Shown one piece after another: positions 1 through 11,470 of a stretch of DNA of 64,000 nucleotides. Location: the NCBI GenBank assembly GCA_002269645.1, contig NIVC01000392.1, positions 558,001-622,000 of the forward strand. Direction: 5' to 3'. How positions within the stretch are numbered: the first letter of the stretch is position 1; each line of letters begins with the position of its first letter. The notes below the pieces were generated by a model that ran no database searches, was not told where the DNA came from, and saw nothing but the letters and a program-made list of their open reading frames with translations. The position numbers and the translations under genes are program-made. This DNA comes from Macrostomum lignano. Taxonomy: Eukaryota.

Positions 1-1915
1 GTTAAAAGTATGGAAATAGTTTTTCAAATGCTGTGCTTTTTCTTTTCATATTTAAAGCAAACAACTTATATCCCCGAACTCAGCGTTGCAAGATCTTTCC
101 AGCAATATAAGTTTCTCCTCTCAAAGTTTAAAACTCGAGGAACAGTTAGCGTTTGAAACTTTCTGATTTAAAGCATTGAAGTATCGAGTGTACGTTCACT
201 GCCTGCTTGCAAGTTGATGCATTGAATTTCAATGTCCAACAAATACACAGGACTGCCCATTGAAAGGCAGGAAAACTTATCAGTAGCCATATCATTGCGC
301 AATTATCTATAAAGTCAGCCAGTGAGCCAGGGTCCAAGTGTACACACGCAGCCACTGAGAACGCTCCCACCCCCCACTGGAAAGAAAATACACTACAGAG
401 ATAGGGAAAAGTTGTGGCGCAATCACTAAAAATTCATGCATTTTTCAGCTCCAAGCAGAAAGAGGGGACAATTAAGATTATCAAAGGTCAAGACCGCCGT
501 TTTCTGCTTTTTTGAGGATCTTAGAAATTAAAATTTCAGAATTAAAATAGCCTATAGCCGACCTCGGATAATTTCCAATCTTCCCATATAAGTTTCAACG
601 CTGAGTTGCCACTATTCAAGGAGGAGTTGTCGAAATGACAGACACACAGACAGACATACAGACAAACAACACGTCAACTTTAGTATATACGAGTGGAACT
701 CCTCCTTCGGAGGAGAAAGGGGAAGAACTCCCATCACCGGAATTCTATTCCCTGAAATATCCATCAACTGAAATTCCATGTCTTTAACCCTATCTTCCAA
801 ATCGTCTCCAAATTCTTTACAAAATCTTTCAAAGACCATAGCTCAAAGACTCTCAAGTCTCTCATATCTCCTCTCTCCTCTCTTTCATCTCATCTCTACC
901 CCTGTTCCCTTATTTATCTCTTCTCCCTCGTCTTTCGTCTGTACCTTCTCCTGTCTTCTGTCTCCTCTCTTCACTCTTATCTCTCCCTCTTCTCTCCTCT
1001 CTCATATGTCATCTCTACTCACTTATCTATCGTCTCTCTTAACCCTCTCTCTCTCTTCTCTTTTCTCTTCTTTCTTGTCTCCCATCTTTCTTCCTCCTTT
1101 TCACTATCCCCTGTCTCTTCTCTTCTCTCTTTTCTATTCTCTCCATTCTCTCTTTTCTCCTTTCCTTGCTCCTTTCATCTCTCTCCTCTCTCCTCACTCT
1201 CTTCTCCTTTCGCTTCTCTCTCCTCTCTCTCCTCTCATCTTTACTACCTTATTTATATCTTCTCCCTAGTCTTTCGTCTGTACTCTCTCCTGTCTCCTCT
1301 CTCCCCTCCTCTCTCATCCCTCATCTCCTCATCTCCTCATCTCACTCTTTCTTTCTCCTCTACTCTCCCCTCTCTTCTATTGCCTCTGTACGCTCTTATC
1401 CCTCATCTATTCTCTCTCCTATCATCTCCAATCTGTCATGTCTAATCTCTCCACTCAATTTTACTCTGTTTTCTATCATCTCTTCTCTCTTCTCTTTTCA
1501 GTCTTCTCTTTACTCTCTTCTCTGACTGATTGAAGATGCCAAATCCATCAAATCCTCTCCGCGAAGCAAAAATCCTGTCTGTGCAACTAAAAACCATCGA
1601 AATCCTCTCAGTGAAACTGGACTCCTTCGAAATCCTCTCCTTGAAACCTGAATCCATCAAAATTGTTTCCATAAAACAGAAATCAATCATAAATTATCTC
1701 AGCGAAACAGAAAGCCTCTCCGTGAAGCTGAACATGATCGAAATCCTCTCCGTGAAACTGAACACCATGGAAATCCTTTCGTGAAACTGAACATCATCGA
1801 AATCCTCTCCACGAAACAGAAATCTTCTCCGTCAGAATTTAAACATTGAAATCGTCTCCGCTAAACTTGACTTAATCGAATTTTTTCCGTCAAACAACTC
1901 AACTCGCCAGATTCA

Positions 1916-1943
1916 TTAGGGTTAGGGTTAGGGTTAGGGTTAG
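1916..1943 (+). repeat. Interstitial telomere-like tract (TTAGGG)4TTAG
   Basis: Read directly; followed by the conserved AACTACGCACAGCTTCGTGTT. Confidence 0.95.
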
Positions 1944-3555
1944 AACTACGCACAGCTTCGTGTTAAAAGGCACAGATAAAAATATTGAACTAATTGAATC
2001 AATTCATTGCGCAACCGATTTCACAGTCAGTCAGTATCAGCCTCAGGTAAAGTTAACAAAAGATTGCGCAATCTAAATCAACCCTCCAATCCACAGCTGT
2101 AGTGAGAAGTTGAACCCTCCCCCCAACTTTATCTATTACGTCTTGCAAAACTGAGTACAATATTTGCAAAAAGTTAAAAGTATGGAAATAGTTTTCCAAA
2201 TGCTGTGCTTTTTCTTTTCATAGTTAAAGCAAACAACTTATATCCCCGAACTCAGCGTTGCAAGATCTTGCCAGCAATATAAGTTTCTCCTCTCAAAGTT
2301 TAAAACTCGAGGAACAGTTAGCGTTTGAAACTGTCTGATTTATAGCATTGAAGTATCGAGTGTACGTTCACTGCCTGCTTGCAAGTTGATGCATTGAATT
2401 TCAATGTCCAACAAATACACAGGACTGCCCATTGATAGGCAGGAAAACTTATCAGTAGCCATATCATTGCGCAATTATCTATAAAGTCAGCCAGTGAGCC
2501 AGGGTCCAATTGTACACACGCCGCCAATGAGAACGCGCCCATTCCCCCACAGGAGAGAAAATGCACTGGCGACATAGGAAAAAGTTGTGGCGTAATCACT
2601 CAAAATTTATGCCAATTTTCAGCTCCGAGCAGAAAGAGGGGACAATTAAGATTATCAAAGGTCAAGACCGCCGTTTTCTGCTTTTTTAGGGATCTTAAAA
2701 ATTGAAAATGAAAGATTAAAATAGCCTAAAGCCATCCTCGGAAAATTTGCAGTTTTCCCATATAAGTTTCAACGCTGAGTTGCAAGTATTCTAGGAGGAG
2801 TTATCGAACTGACATACAGACAGACAAACAACGCGTCAACTTTAGTATATATAGAGAGAAAGAGACAGACAAACATCGCGTCGGTTTTAGTATTAGGATA
2901 CGAGTGGAACTCCTCCTTCGGAGGAGAAAGGGGAAGAACTCCCATCACCGGAATTCCATTCCCTGAAATATCCATCAACTGAAATTGCATGTCTTTAACC
3001 CTATCTTCCAAATCGTCTCCAAATTCTTTACAAAACCTTTCAAAGACCATAGCTCAAAGACTCTCACGTCTCTCATCTCTCCTCTCTCCTCTCTGCTATT
3101 ATCGTGACTCTCTTCTCTCTCCTCTCTCTCATCTCTACCCCTACTCCCTTATTTATCTCTTCTCCCTCGTCTTTCGTCTGTACCCTCTCCTGTCTCGTGT
3201 CTCCTCTCTTCTCTTTTATCTCTCCCTCTTCTCTCCTCTCATATCTTATCTCTACTCACTTATCTATCGTCTCTCTAAACCCTCTCTCTCTCTTCTCTTT
3301 TCATTCTTCTCTTTACTCTCTTCTCTGACTGATTGAAGATGCCAAATCCATCAAGATCCTCTCCGCGAAGCAGAAAAATCCTGTACGTACAACTGAAAAC
3401 CATCGAAATCCTCTCCGTGAAACTGGACTCCTTCGAAATCCTCTCCACGAAACAGAAATCCTCTCTGTTAAAATTAAAACATTGAAATCGTCTCCGCTAT
3501 ACTGGACTCAATCGAATTTTTTCCGTCAAACAACTCAACTCTCCGGATTCATTGG

Positions 3556-3583
3556 TTAGGGTTAGGGTTAGGGTTAGGGTTAG
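3556..3583 (+). repeat. Interstitial telomere-like tract (TTAGGG)4TTAG
   Basis: Read directly; same right flank as at 1916. Confidence 0.95.
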
Positions 3584-4992
3584 AACTACGCACAGCTTCG
3601 TGTTAAACGGCACTGATAAAAATATTGAACTAATTGAATCAATTCATTGCGCAACCGATTTCACAGTCAGACAGTATCAGTTTTAGTTAAAGTTAACAAA
3701 ATGATTGCGCAATCTAAATCAACCCTCCAATACACAGCAGCAGTGAGAAGTTGAACCCTCCCCCCAACTTTATCTATTACGTCTCGCAAAACTGAGTACA
3801 ATCTTTGCAGAAAGTAAAAGTATGGAAATAGTTTTTTAAATGCTGTGCTTTTCTTTTCATATTTAAAGCAAACAACTTATATCCTCGAACTCAGTGTTGC
3901 AAGATCTTTTCAGCAGTATAAGTCTCTTCTCTTAAAGTTTAGAACTCGAAGAGCAGTTAGCGTTTTAAAGTTCCCGTTTTAAAGCATTGAAACATCGAGT
4001 GTACGTTCACTGCCTACCAAAGAGGCTCGCAAGTTTATTCATTCATTACACAGGCCGGCTACTACACAGGGCAGCCTATTGAAAGGCACAAATAATAAAA
4101 CAAATTGATGGCGCAACCGAGACTGATCTCACAGTCAGTCAGAATCAGTCTCAGTTAAAGTTAACAAAAATATTGCGCAATCTAAATCAGCCGTCCAATA
4201 CACAGCGCCCGACCCCCAATTGAATTGGCAATTGAACCCCCCCCCCAAATTTATCTCTGACCTATCGCAAAAATAAGTACAATCTTTGCAAAAAGTTAAA
4301 AGTATGAAATCGTTTTTTTTAAATGCTGTGCTTTTAGTTTTAATATTTAAAGCAAGAAACTTATATCCCCGAACTCAGCGTTGCAAGCTCTTTCCAGAAA
4401 AATAAGTCTCTCCTCTCAAAGTTCAAAAATCTAGCAACCGTTAGCATTTAAAAATTTCTGATCTAAAGCATTGAAATATCGAGTGTACGTTCACTGCCTG
4501 CTAAAGAGGCCCGCAAGTTGATGCATTGAATTTCAAGGTTCAACAAAATCACAGGGCTGCCTATTGAAAATTAGAACACAAATCCTTGTGCAATTATCTA
4601 TAAAGTCAGCCGGTGAGCCAGGGTCCGATTGTACACATGCAGCCATTTAGGACACCCCATCCCCCCACTGGAGAGTAAATACACTGCAGAGATAGGGAAA
4701 AGTTGTGGCGCAATCACTTGAAATTCATGCAAATTTTCAGCTCCAAGCAGAAAGAGGGGACAATTAAGATTATCAAAGGTCAAGACCGCCGTTTTTTGCT
4801 TTTTTGAGGATCTTAGAAATTAAAATTTCAGAATTAAAATAGCCTATAGCCGACCTCGGATAATTTCCAATCTTCCCATATAAGTTTCAACGCTGAGTTG
4901 GCACTATTCAAGGAGGAGTTGTCGAAATGACAGACAGACATACAGACAGACATACAGACAGACAAACAACGCGTCAACTTTAGTATATATGG

Positions 4993-5014
4993 TTAGGGTT
5001 AGGGTTAGGGTTAG
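4993..5014 (+). repeat. Interstitial telomere-like tract (TTAGGG)3TTAG
   Basis: Read directly; here it directly follows a Helitron-like 5' end (TTTAGTATATAT). Confidence 0.95.
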
Positions 5015-7263
5015 AACTACGCACAGCTTCGTGTTAAAAGGCACTGATAAACTATTGAACTAATTGAATCAATTCATTGCGCAACCGATTTCACAGTCAG
5101 TCAGTATCAGTCTCAGTTAAAGTTAACAAAAACATTGCGCAATCTAAATCAACCCTCCAATACAAAGCAACTGACCCCCTTCCTATACACAGCGCCAGTT
5201 GGAAGTCGAAACCCCCAACTTTATCTCTCACCTCTCGCCAAAATGAGTACAATCTTTGCAGAAAGTTTAAAGTATGGAAATAGTTTTTGCAATGCAGAGC
5301 TTTTAGTTTTCATATTTGAAGCAAACAATTTATATCCCTGAAATCAGCTTTGCAAGTTCTTTCCAGCAATATAAATTTTTTCTCTCAAAGTTAAAAACTC
5401 GAGCAACAGTTTGCGTTTGAAACTTTCTGATTTAAAGCATTGAAATATCGATTGTACGTTCACTGCCTGCTAAAGAGGCCCGCAAGTTTATGCATTGAAT
5501 TTCAACGTTCAACAAAATCACAGGGCTGCCTATTGAAAATTAGAACACAAATCTTTGCGCAATTGTCTATACAGTCAGCCAGTGAGCCAGGGTCCGATTG
5601 TACACAGGCAGCCATTTAGAACGCCCCATCCCCCCACTGGAGAGAAAATACACTGCAGAGATAGGGAAAAGTTGTGGCGCAATCACTTGAAATTCATGCA
5701 AATTTTCAGCTCCAAGCAGAAAGAGGGGACAATTAAGATTATCAAAGGTCAAGACCGCCGTTTTCTGCTTTTTTGAGGATTTTAGAAATTAAAATTTCAG
5801 AATTAAAATAGCCTATAGCCGACCTCGGATAATTTCCAATCTTCCCATATAAGTTTCAACGCTGAGTTGGCACTATTCAAGGAGGAGTTGTCGAAATGAC
5901 AGACAGACACACAGACAGACAGACAAACAACGCGTCAACTTTAGTATATACGAGTGGAACTCCTCCTTCGGAGGAGAAAGGGGAAGAACTCCCATCACCG
6001 GAATTCTATTCCCTGAAATATCCATCAACTGAAATTCCATGTCTTTAACCCTATCTTCCAAATCGTCTCCAAATTCTTTACAAAATCTTTCAAAGACCAT
6101 AGCTCAAAGACTCTCAAGTCTCTCATATCTCCTCTCTCCTCTCTCTCATCTCATCTCTACCCCTGCTCCCTTATTTATCTCTTCTCCCTCGTCTTTCGTC
6201 TGTACCTTCTCCTGTCTTCTGTCTCCTCTCTTCACTCTTATCTCTCCCTCTTCTCTCCTCTCTCATATGTCATCTCTACTCACTTATCTATCGTCTCTCT
6301 TAACCCTCTCTCTCTCTTCTCTTTTCTCTTTTCTCTGCTCTCATTTCTCATATTTCATATACGCTCTGACACTACTTTCTTGTCTCCCATCTTTCTTCCT
6401 CCTTTTCACTATCCCCTGTCTCTTCTCTTCTCTCTTTTCTATTCTCTTCATTCTCTCTTTTCTCCTTTCCTTGCTCCTTTCATCTCTCTCCACTCTCCTC
6501 ACTCTCTTCTCCTTTCGCTTCTCTCTCCTCTCTCTCCTCTCATCTCTACTACCTTATTTATATCTTCTCCCTGGTCTTTCGTCTTTACTCTCTCCTGTCT
6601 CATTTCTCCCCTCTTTTCTCCTCTCTTCTCTCTCCCCTTCTCTCTCATATCTCATTCCTCATCTCACTCTTTATTTCTCCTCTACTTTCCCCTCTCTTCT
6701 ATTTCTTCTGTGCGCTCTTATCCCTCATCTATTCTCTCTCCTATCATCTCCTCTCTCCTCTTCTCTTCTATCCCCCTCTTCATTCCTGCATCACTCCCCT
6801 CTTCTCTCCTATCTGTCATCTCTCCTCTCTCATTTCTACTCTTTTCTATCATCTCATCTCTCTTCTCTTTTCGCTCTTCTCTTTACTCTCTTCTCTGACT
6901 GACTGAAGATGCCAAATCCATCAAAATCCTCTCCGTGAAGCAGAAATCCTGTCCGTGCAACTGAAAACCATCGAAATCCTCTCCGTGAAACTGGACTCCT
7001 TCGAAATCATTTCCTTGAAACTTAAATCCATCAAAATCGTCTCCATAAAGCAGAAATCAATCATAAATTATCTCCGCGAAACAGAAATCCTCTCCGTGAA
7101 GCTGAACATCATCGAAATCCTCTCCGTGAAACTGAACACCATCGAAATCCTCTCCACGAAACAGAAATTCTCTCCGTCAAAATTAAAACATTGAAATCGT
7201 CTCCGCTAAACTGGACTCAATCGAATTTTTTGCCGTCAAACAACTCAACTCCGGATTCATTGG

Positions 7264-7291
7264 TTAGGGTTAGGGTTAGGGTTAGGGTTAG
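7264..7291 (+). repeat. Interstitial telomere-like tract (TTAGGG)4TTAG
   Basis: Read directly; same right flank as at 1916. Confidence 0.95.
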
Positions 7292-8848
7292 AACTACGCA
7301 CAGCTTCGTGTTAAAAGGCACTGATAAAAATATTGAATCAATTGAATCAATTCATTGCGCAACCGATTTCACAGTCAGTCAGTATCAGTCTCAGTTAAAG
7401 TTAACAAAAACATTGCGCAATCTAAATCAACCCTCCAATACACAGCAGCAGTGAGAAGTTGAACCCTCCCCCAACTTTATCTATTACGTCTCGCAAAACT
7501 GAGTACAATTTTTGCAGAAAGTTAAAAGTATGGAAATAGTTTTTTAAATGCGGTGCTTTTTCTTTTCATATTTAAAGCAAACAACTTATATCCCTAAACT
7601 CAGCGTTGCAAGATCTTTCCAGCAATATAAGTCTCTCCTCTCAAAGTTTAAAACTCAAGGAGCAGTTAGCGTTTGAAATTTACCGATTTCCCGACTGCTT
7701 GCCTGAGAGGCTCGCAATTTTGTACATTGAATTTCACTGCCAAGCTAATACACAGGGCCGATAATAAAAAAGTGAACCAATTGAATCAATTGATTGCGCA
7801 ATATATTTCTGTGTTAGTCAGTATAAGTCTCAGTTAAAGTTAACAAAAAGTTTGCGCAATCTAAATCAACCCTCCAATACAAAGCAACTGACCCCCTTCC
7901 TATACACAGCGCCAGTTAGAAGTCGAAACCCCCAACTTTATCTCTCACCTCTCGCCAAAATGAGTACAATCTTTGCAGAAAGTTTAAAGTATGGAAATAG
8001 TTTTTGCAATGCAGAGCTTTTAGTTTTCATATTTGAAGCAAACAATTTATATCCCTGAAATCAGCTTTGCAAGTTCTTTCCAGCAATATAAATTTTTTCT
8101 CTCAAAGTTAAAAACTCGAGCAACAGTTTGCGTTTGAAACTTTCTGATTTAAAGCATTGAAATATCGATTGTACGTTCACTGCCTGCTAAAGAGGCCCGC
8201 AAGTTTATGCATTGAATTTCAAGGTTCAACAAAATCACAGGGCTGCCTATTGAAAATTAGAACACAAATCTTTGCGCAATTGTCTATACAGTCAGCCAGT
8301 GAGCCAGGGTCCGATTGTACACAGGCAGCCATTTAGAACGCCCCATCCCCCCACTGGAGAGAAAATACACTGCAGAGATAGGGAAAAGTTGTGGCGCAAT
8401 CACTTGAAATTCATGCAAATTTTCAGCTCCAAGCAGAAAGAGGGGACAATTAAGATTATCAAAGGTCAAGACCGCCGTTTTCTGCTTTTTTGAGGATCTT
8501 AGAAATTAAAATTTCAGAATTAAAATAGCCTATAGCCGACCTCGGATAATTTCCAATCTTCCCATATAAGTTTCAACGCTGAGTTGCCACTATTCAAGGA
8601 GGAGTTGTCGAAATGACACACACACACACACACACACAGACAGACAGACAAACAACACGTCAACTTTAGTATATATAGAGATAGATAGATAGATAGAGAT
8701 AGAAGGAGGACGAGAGAGAGATAGCCTAAAGCCTGCTCCGGAAAATTTGCAGTTTTCTCATATAAGTTTCGACGCTGACTTGGCAGAATTGTAGGAGTTC
8801 ACTTACAACATACAGACAAACAACACGTGAGTTTTAGTATTAAGAGAG

Positions 8849-9668
8849 TGTCACGTTATTGGCGTAGCGGCCAGCTATGCGGTGACCCTTAAAAGGGCCG
8901 TTTTAGTCCCAAAATAAGTTGAAGACAATTCTTGTAAAGCGGATTTTGTAGCGGAGCACTTGGCGATAAAGGCGGGAACTGCCGTAGTTGTCTTTATTGT
9001 TAATATCAGTATTAAGTTTGGTTGTTACTGGCAATAAACAGACTATAGCTTTCTGGGCACTGGCGGCTGCAACAATGGGTTGAATATAAATTGGATATGA
9101 AGTCAAGTGGCAGGCGAATGACACAATGGCGACGTGACGTGAGCAGTGGCTATGAGCACAGTGAAGGCAGTGAAACGTAGTGGCGAGTTGGCGTCGGTCG
9201 TGGCGTGAGACAGTCAAGTAAGTGTGTGAGCAGGCTGGCCCAGGCAGAGGGGCCGTGGTGAGAAATAAGGAGGCTCGAGGCAGCCAGACAAACAGATGAG
9301 ACAGTCAGGGAAGGAGAGAAGAAACGGGACAGGAGAGACGAAAAGGCGTGAGGGGTGCCCGCCGCCAGGCGGGGGGTTTAATAAAAGAGCGCAGAGGGGG
9401 GGTAGCGCGAGCACGAGTGATTTCATTGGCTGGCGAGAGAACTTAAAATTATCGATCGTGCCAATTTTATACGGTCGCGAGAGAGGGTAGCCAAAATATA
9501 CAGTGAATTAGAAATTGCCACAAAATCGTTGGGCACTACTACAAGTAAACGTCGCAATAAACGAATGGAAAAGTTTAGTTGAAACGGTGAAACTGAAGGG
9601 TTGAATGACCATGGAGAACAGCAGTCCAACGACCCTTTTCGGGACCACCTTAAACTGACAACGTCACA
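8849..9668 (-). repeat. 3' LTR of the Gypsy element
   Basis: Minus strand TGTGACG...CGTGACA termini, adjacent PPT, AATAAA on the minus strand (~8993-8998); related solo LTR at 38395-38787. Confidence 0.85.
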
Positions 9669-10159
9669 CCCGCCTCCCTTCCGAAAAAGGATAGGGTCGC
9701 GCAAAAAGAAAACCAACACGCGGGGTGACGGCAAGAAAAACACAACGTGACCGCAGTTTATGAAATTATAGCAGAGTGAATTACAGTGGGGTTGAGTCAG
9801 TTTGTATGAGCATATGATTACCGGACAAAATTACAAAGTTCCAAAGGCTACAGACTATTACGAGAGCAGAACATTACAGGGCAGTAGAACACGGTGAGCA
9901 CGAGCAATACAACATGGTGGTGTTACAAAAACATTACAAAATACAACAATGGTTACGGAAAGTAGTGCACGACGGAGCGCGCGGCGCGCGCGAACACAAA
10001 AACGACAAAGGACGCGCAGAAGTGATACGATGGATGAGGCAAACACAGAACAAGGATGACAAGGTGGATGAGGCAAAGGATGCAGAGCAGAGGCACGGAA
10101 CAGAGGCACAGTCCGGACAACTGCGGGCAAACGACGACAAGCGTCAAGGGCGGCGGGAC

Positions 10160-10580
10160 ACGGCGCGGCGCGCCAAGGCGGAAGGGAGAAACCGGCGCAA
10201 GAGCGCCCAAGGCGGAGACACGGCGCAGCGCGCCAAGGCAGAGACGGCGCAGCGCGCCAGGCGGAGAACGGCGCAGCGCGCCAAGGCAGAGACGGCGCAG
10301 CGCGCCAGGCGGAGAACGGCGCAGCGCGCCAGGCGGAGAACGGCGCAACGCGCCAAGGCAGAGACGGCGCAACGCGCCAAGGCAGAGACGGCGCAACGCG
10401 CCAAGGCAGAGACGGCGCAACGCGCCAGGCGGAGGATGGCGCTACGCGCCAAAGGCAGAGGATGGCGCCACGCGCCAGAGGCAGAGGATGGCGCTACGCG
10501 CCAAGGCAGAGGATGGCGCTACGCGCCAAAGGCAGAGGACGGCGCAGCGCGCCAGGCGGAGGACGGCGCTACGCGCCAAA
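10160..10580. repeat. GC-rich ~24-bp tandem repeat (GGCAGAGACGGCGCAGCGCGCCAA-type) in the Gypsy 3' region
   Basis: Direct tandem periodicity with degenerate copies. Confidence 0.85.
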
Positions 10581-11234
10581 GGCAGAGAGAGCGTGCGTGC
10601 GGTGCGGTGTGTGTGTGTGTGGTGCTTACTTTTTACCCCACAAGTATTATATCTACCTAGTGTTATGGAATTTGCGAAATTTAATGATCAATTGCAGTTG
10701 ATTTTTGAAGTAAACGACGCTGACCTGATCAGCCAGCTGCGCAGCGTTACGCTGCACTCGTCAATGAGCTGACCAGGGTCGCGCTGCACTGAGCTAGCTA
10801 TGTTCCTATATGCATTTTTTCGAGTTTTCAATGGTTGCTTTTTCAGTTTTTATTTTGTTTTCTTTTCAATATTTGAGCTAAGGCTAATGTCTTATCTACT
10901 ATTTGTTTCTAGCGCCGTAGTGTATTCTATAGACTACGGCAACGCCGACCAGGTGCAGTCGGAGTTGGGTGCTGCGATATTATATATATTCTTGCGTTAG
11001 AACAATATAGTATTTATACTGTCGGCATATTATGCTAATTCTGCTAGTGTTTTATTTTTATTTTATTTATTTTAGTTAGCTATATAAATTATCAAATTGC
11101 AATGTCGCTGCAGTTTATCCCCTTGACTAAGGTGGTTGGCTGTTGGCTGGTACAGCTGTGGAAGTTGTGCACACTAGTATCTGGCAGTGAGTAACAGCTG
11201 TGGCTTGTGTTTTGTGGCTTGCGGCTGGCAGATG

Positions 11235-11460
11235 CCGCAGGGACCTGTGACCAACAGGTGCCACAGGAGGTAGTTTAACGCCTTGCCCGGGGCGTGAGCT
11301 TGCGGTCTACAGGTGCCGCAGTGACCTGTGGCCGGCAGGTGCCACAGGAGGTAGTTTTACGCCTTGCCCGGGGCGTGAGCTTGCGGTCTACAGGTGCCGC
11401 AGTGACCTGTGGCCGGCAGGTGCCACAGGAGGTAGTTTTACGCCTTGCCCGGGGCGTGAA
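11235..11460. repeat. 81-bp tandem repeat (about 3 copies) just downstream of the gag-pol stop
   Basis: CAGGTGCCACAGGAGGTAG recurs at 11255, 11336, 11417; internal inverted repeats CCTGTGGC/GCCACAGG and ACGCC/GGCGT. Confidence 0.9.
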
Positions 11461-11470
11461 AAACTGGCGG

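Larger units (their letters stand above)
1..8848 (-). mobile_element. Tandem array of composite non-autonomous Helitron-like units (about 2-2.7 kb modules with CT-rich filler and TTAGGG tracts)
   Basis: The same modules recur 3-5 times (e.g. AAGTTTCAACGCTGAGTTG at ~590, 2765, 4883, 5852, 8570). Repeated ACAGACA microsatellite + TTTAGTATATA(G)A ends read TC-TATATACTAAA on the minus strand (Helitron-type 5' end). Hairpin-bearing 3'-like ends are also present. No Rep/helicase ORF. Confidence 0.65.

Noticed and set aside
612-839. Repeated ORF MVFERFCKEFGDDLEDRVKDMEFQ... (also 2769-3050 and 5873-6100)
   Set aside because: Conservation is explained by recent duplication of the unit; no recognisable domain or splice signals
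778-1525. Ser/Leu-rich ORFs (also 6039-6902)
   Set aside because: Translations of CT-rich low-complexity DNA
1916-7291. True chromosome end or telomere fusion
   Set aside because: Tracts are only 3-4 units, all in one orientation and embedded in a duplicated unit
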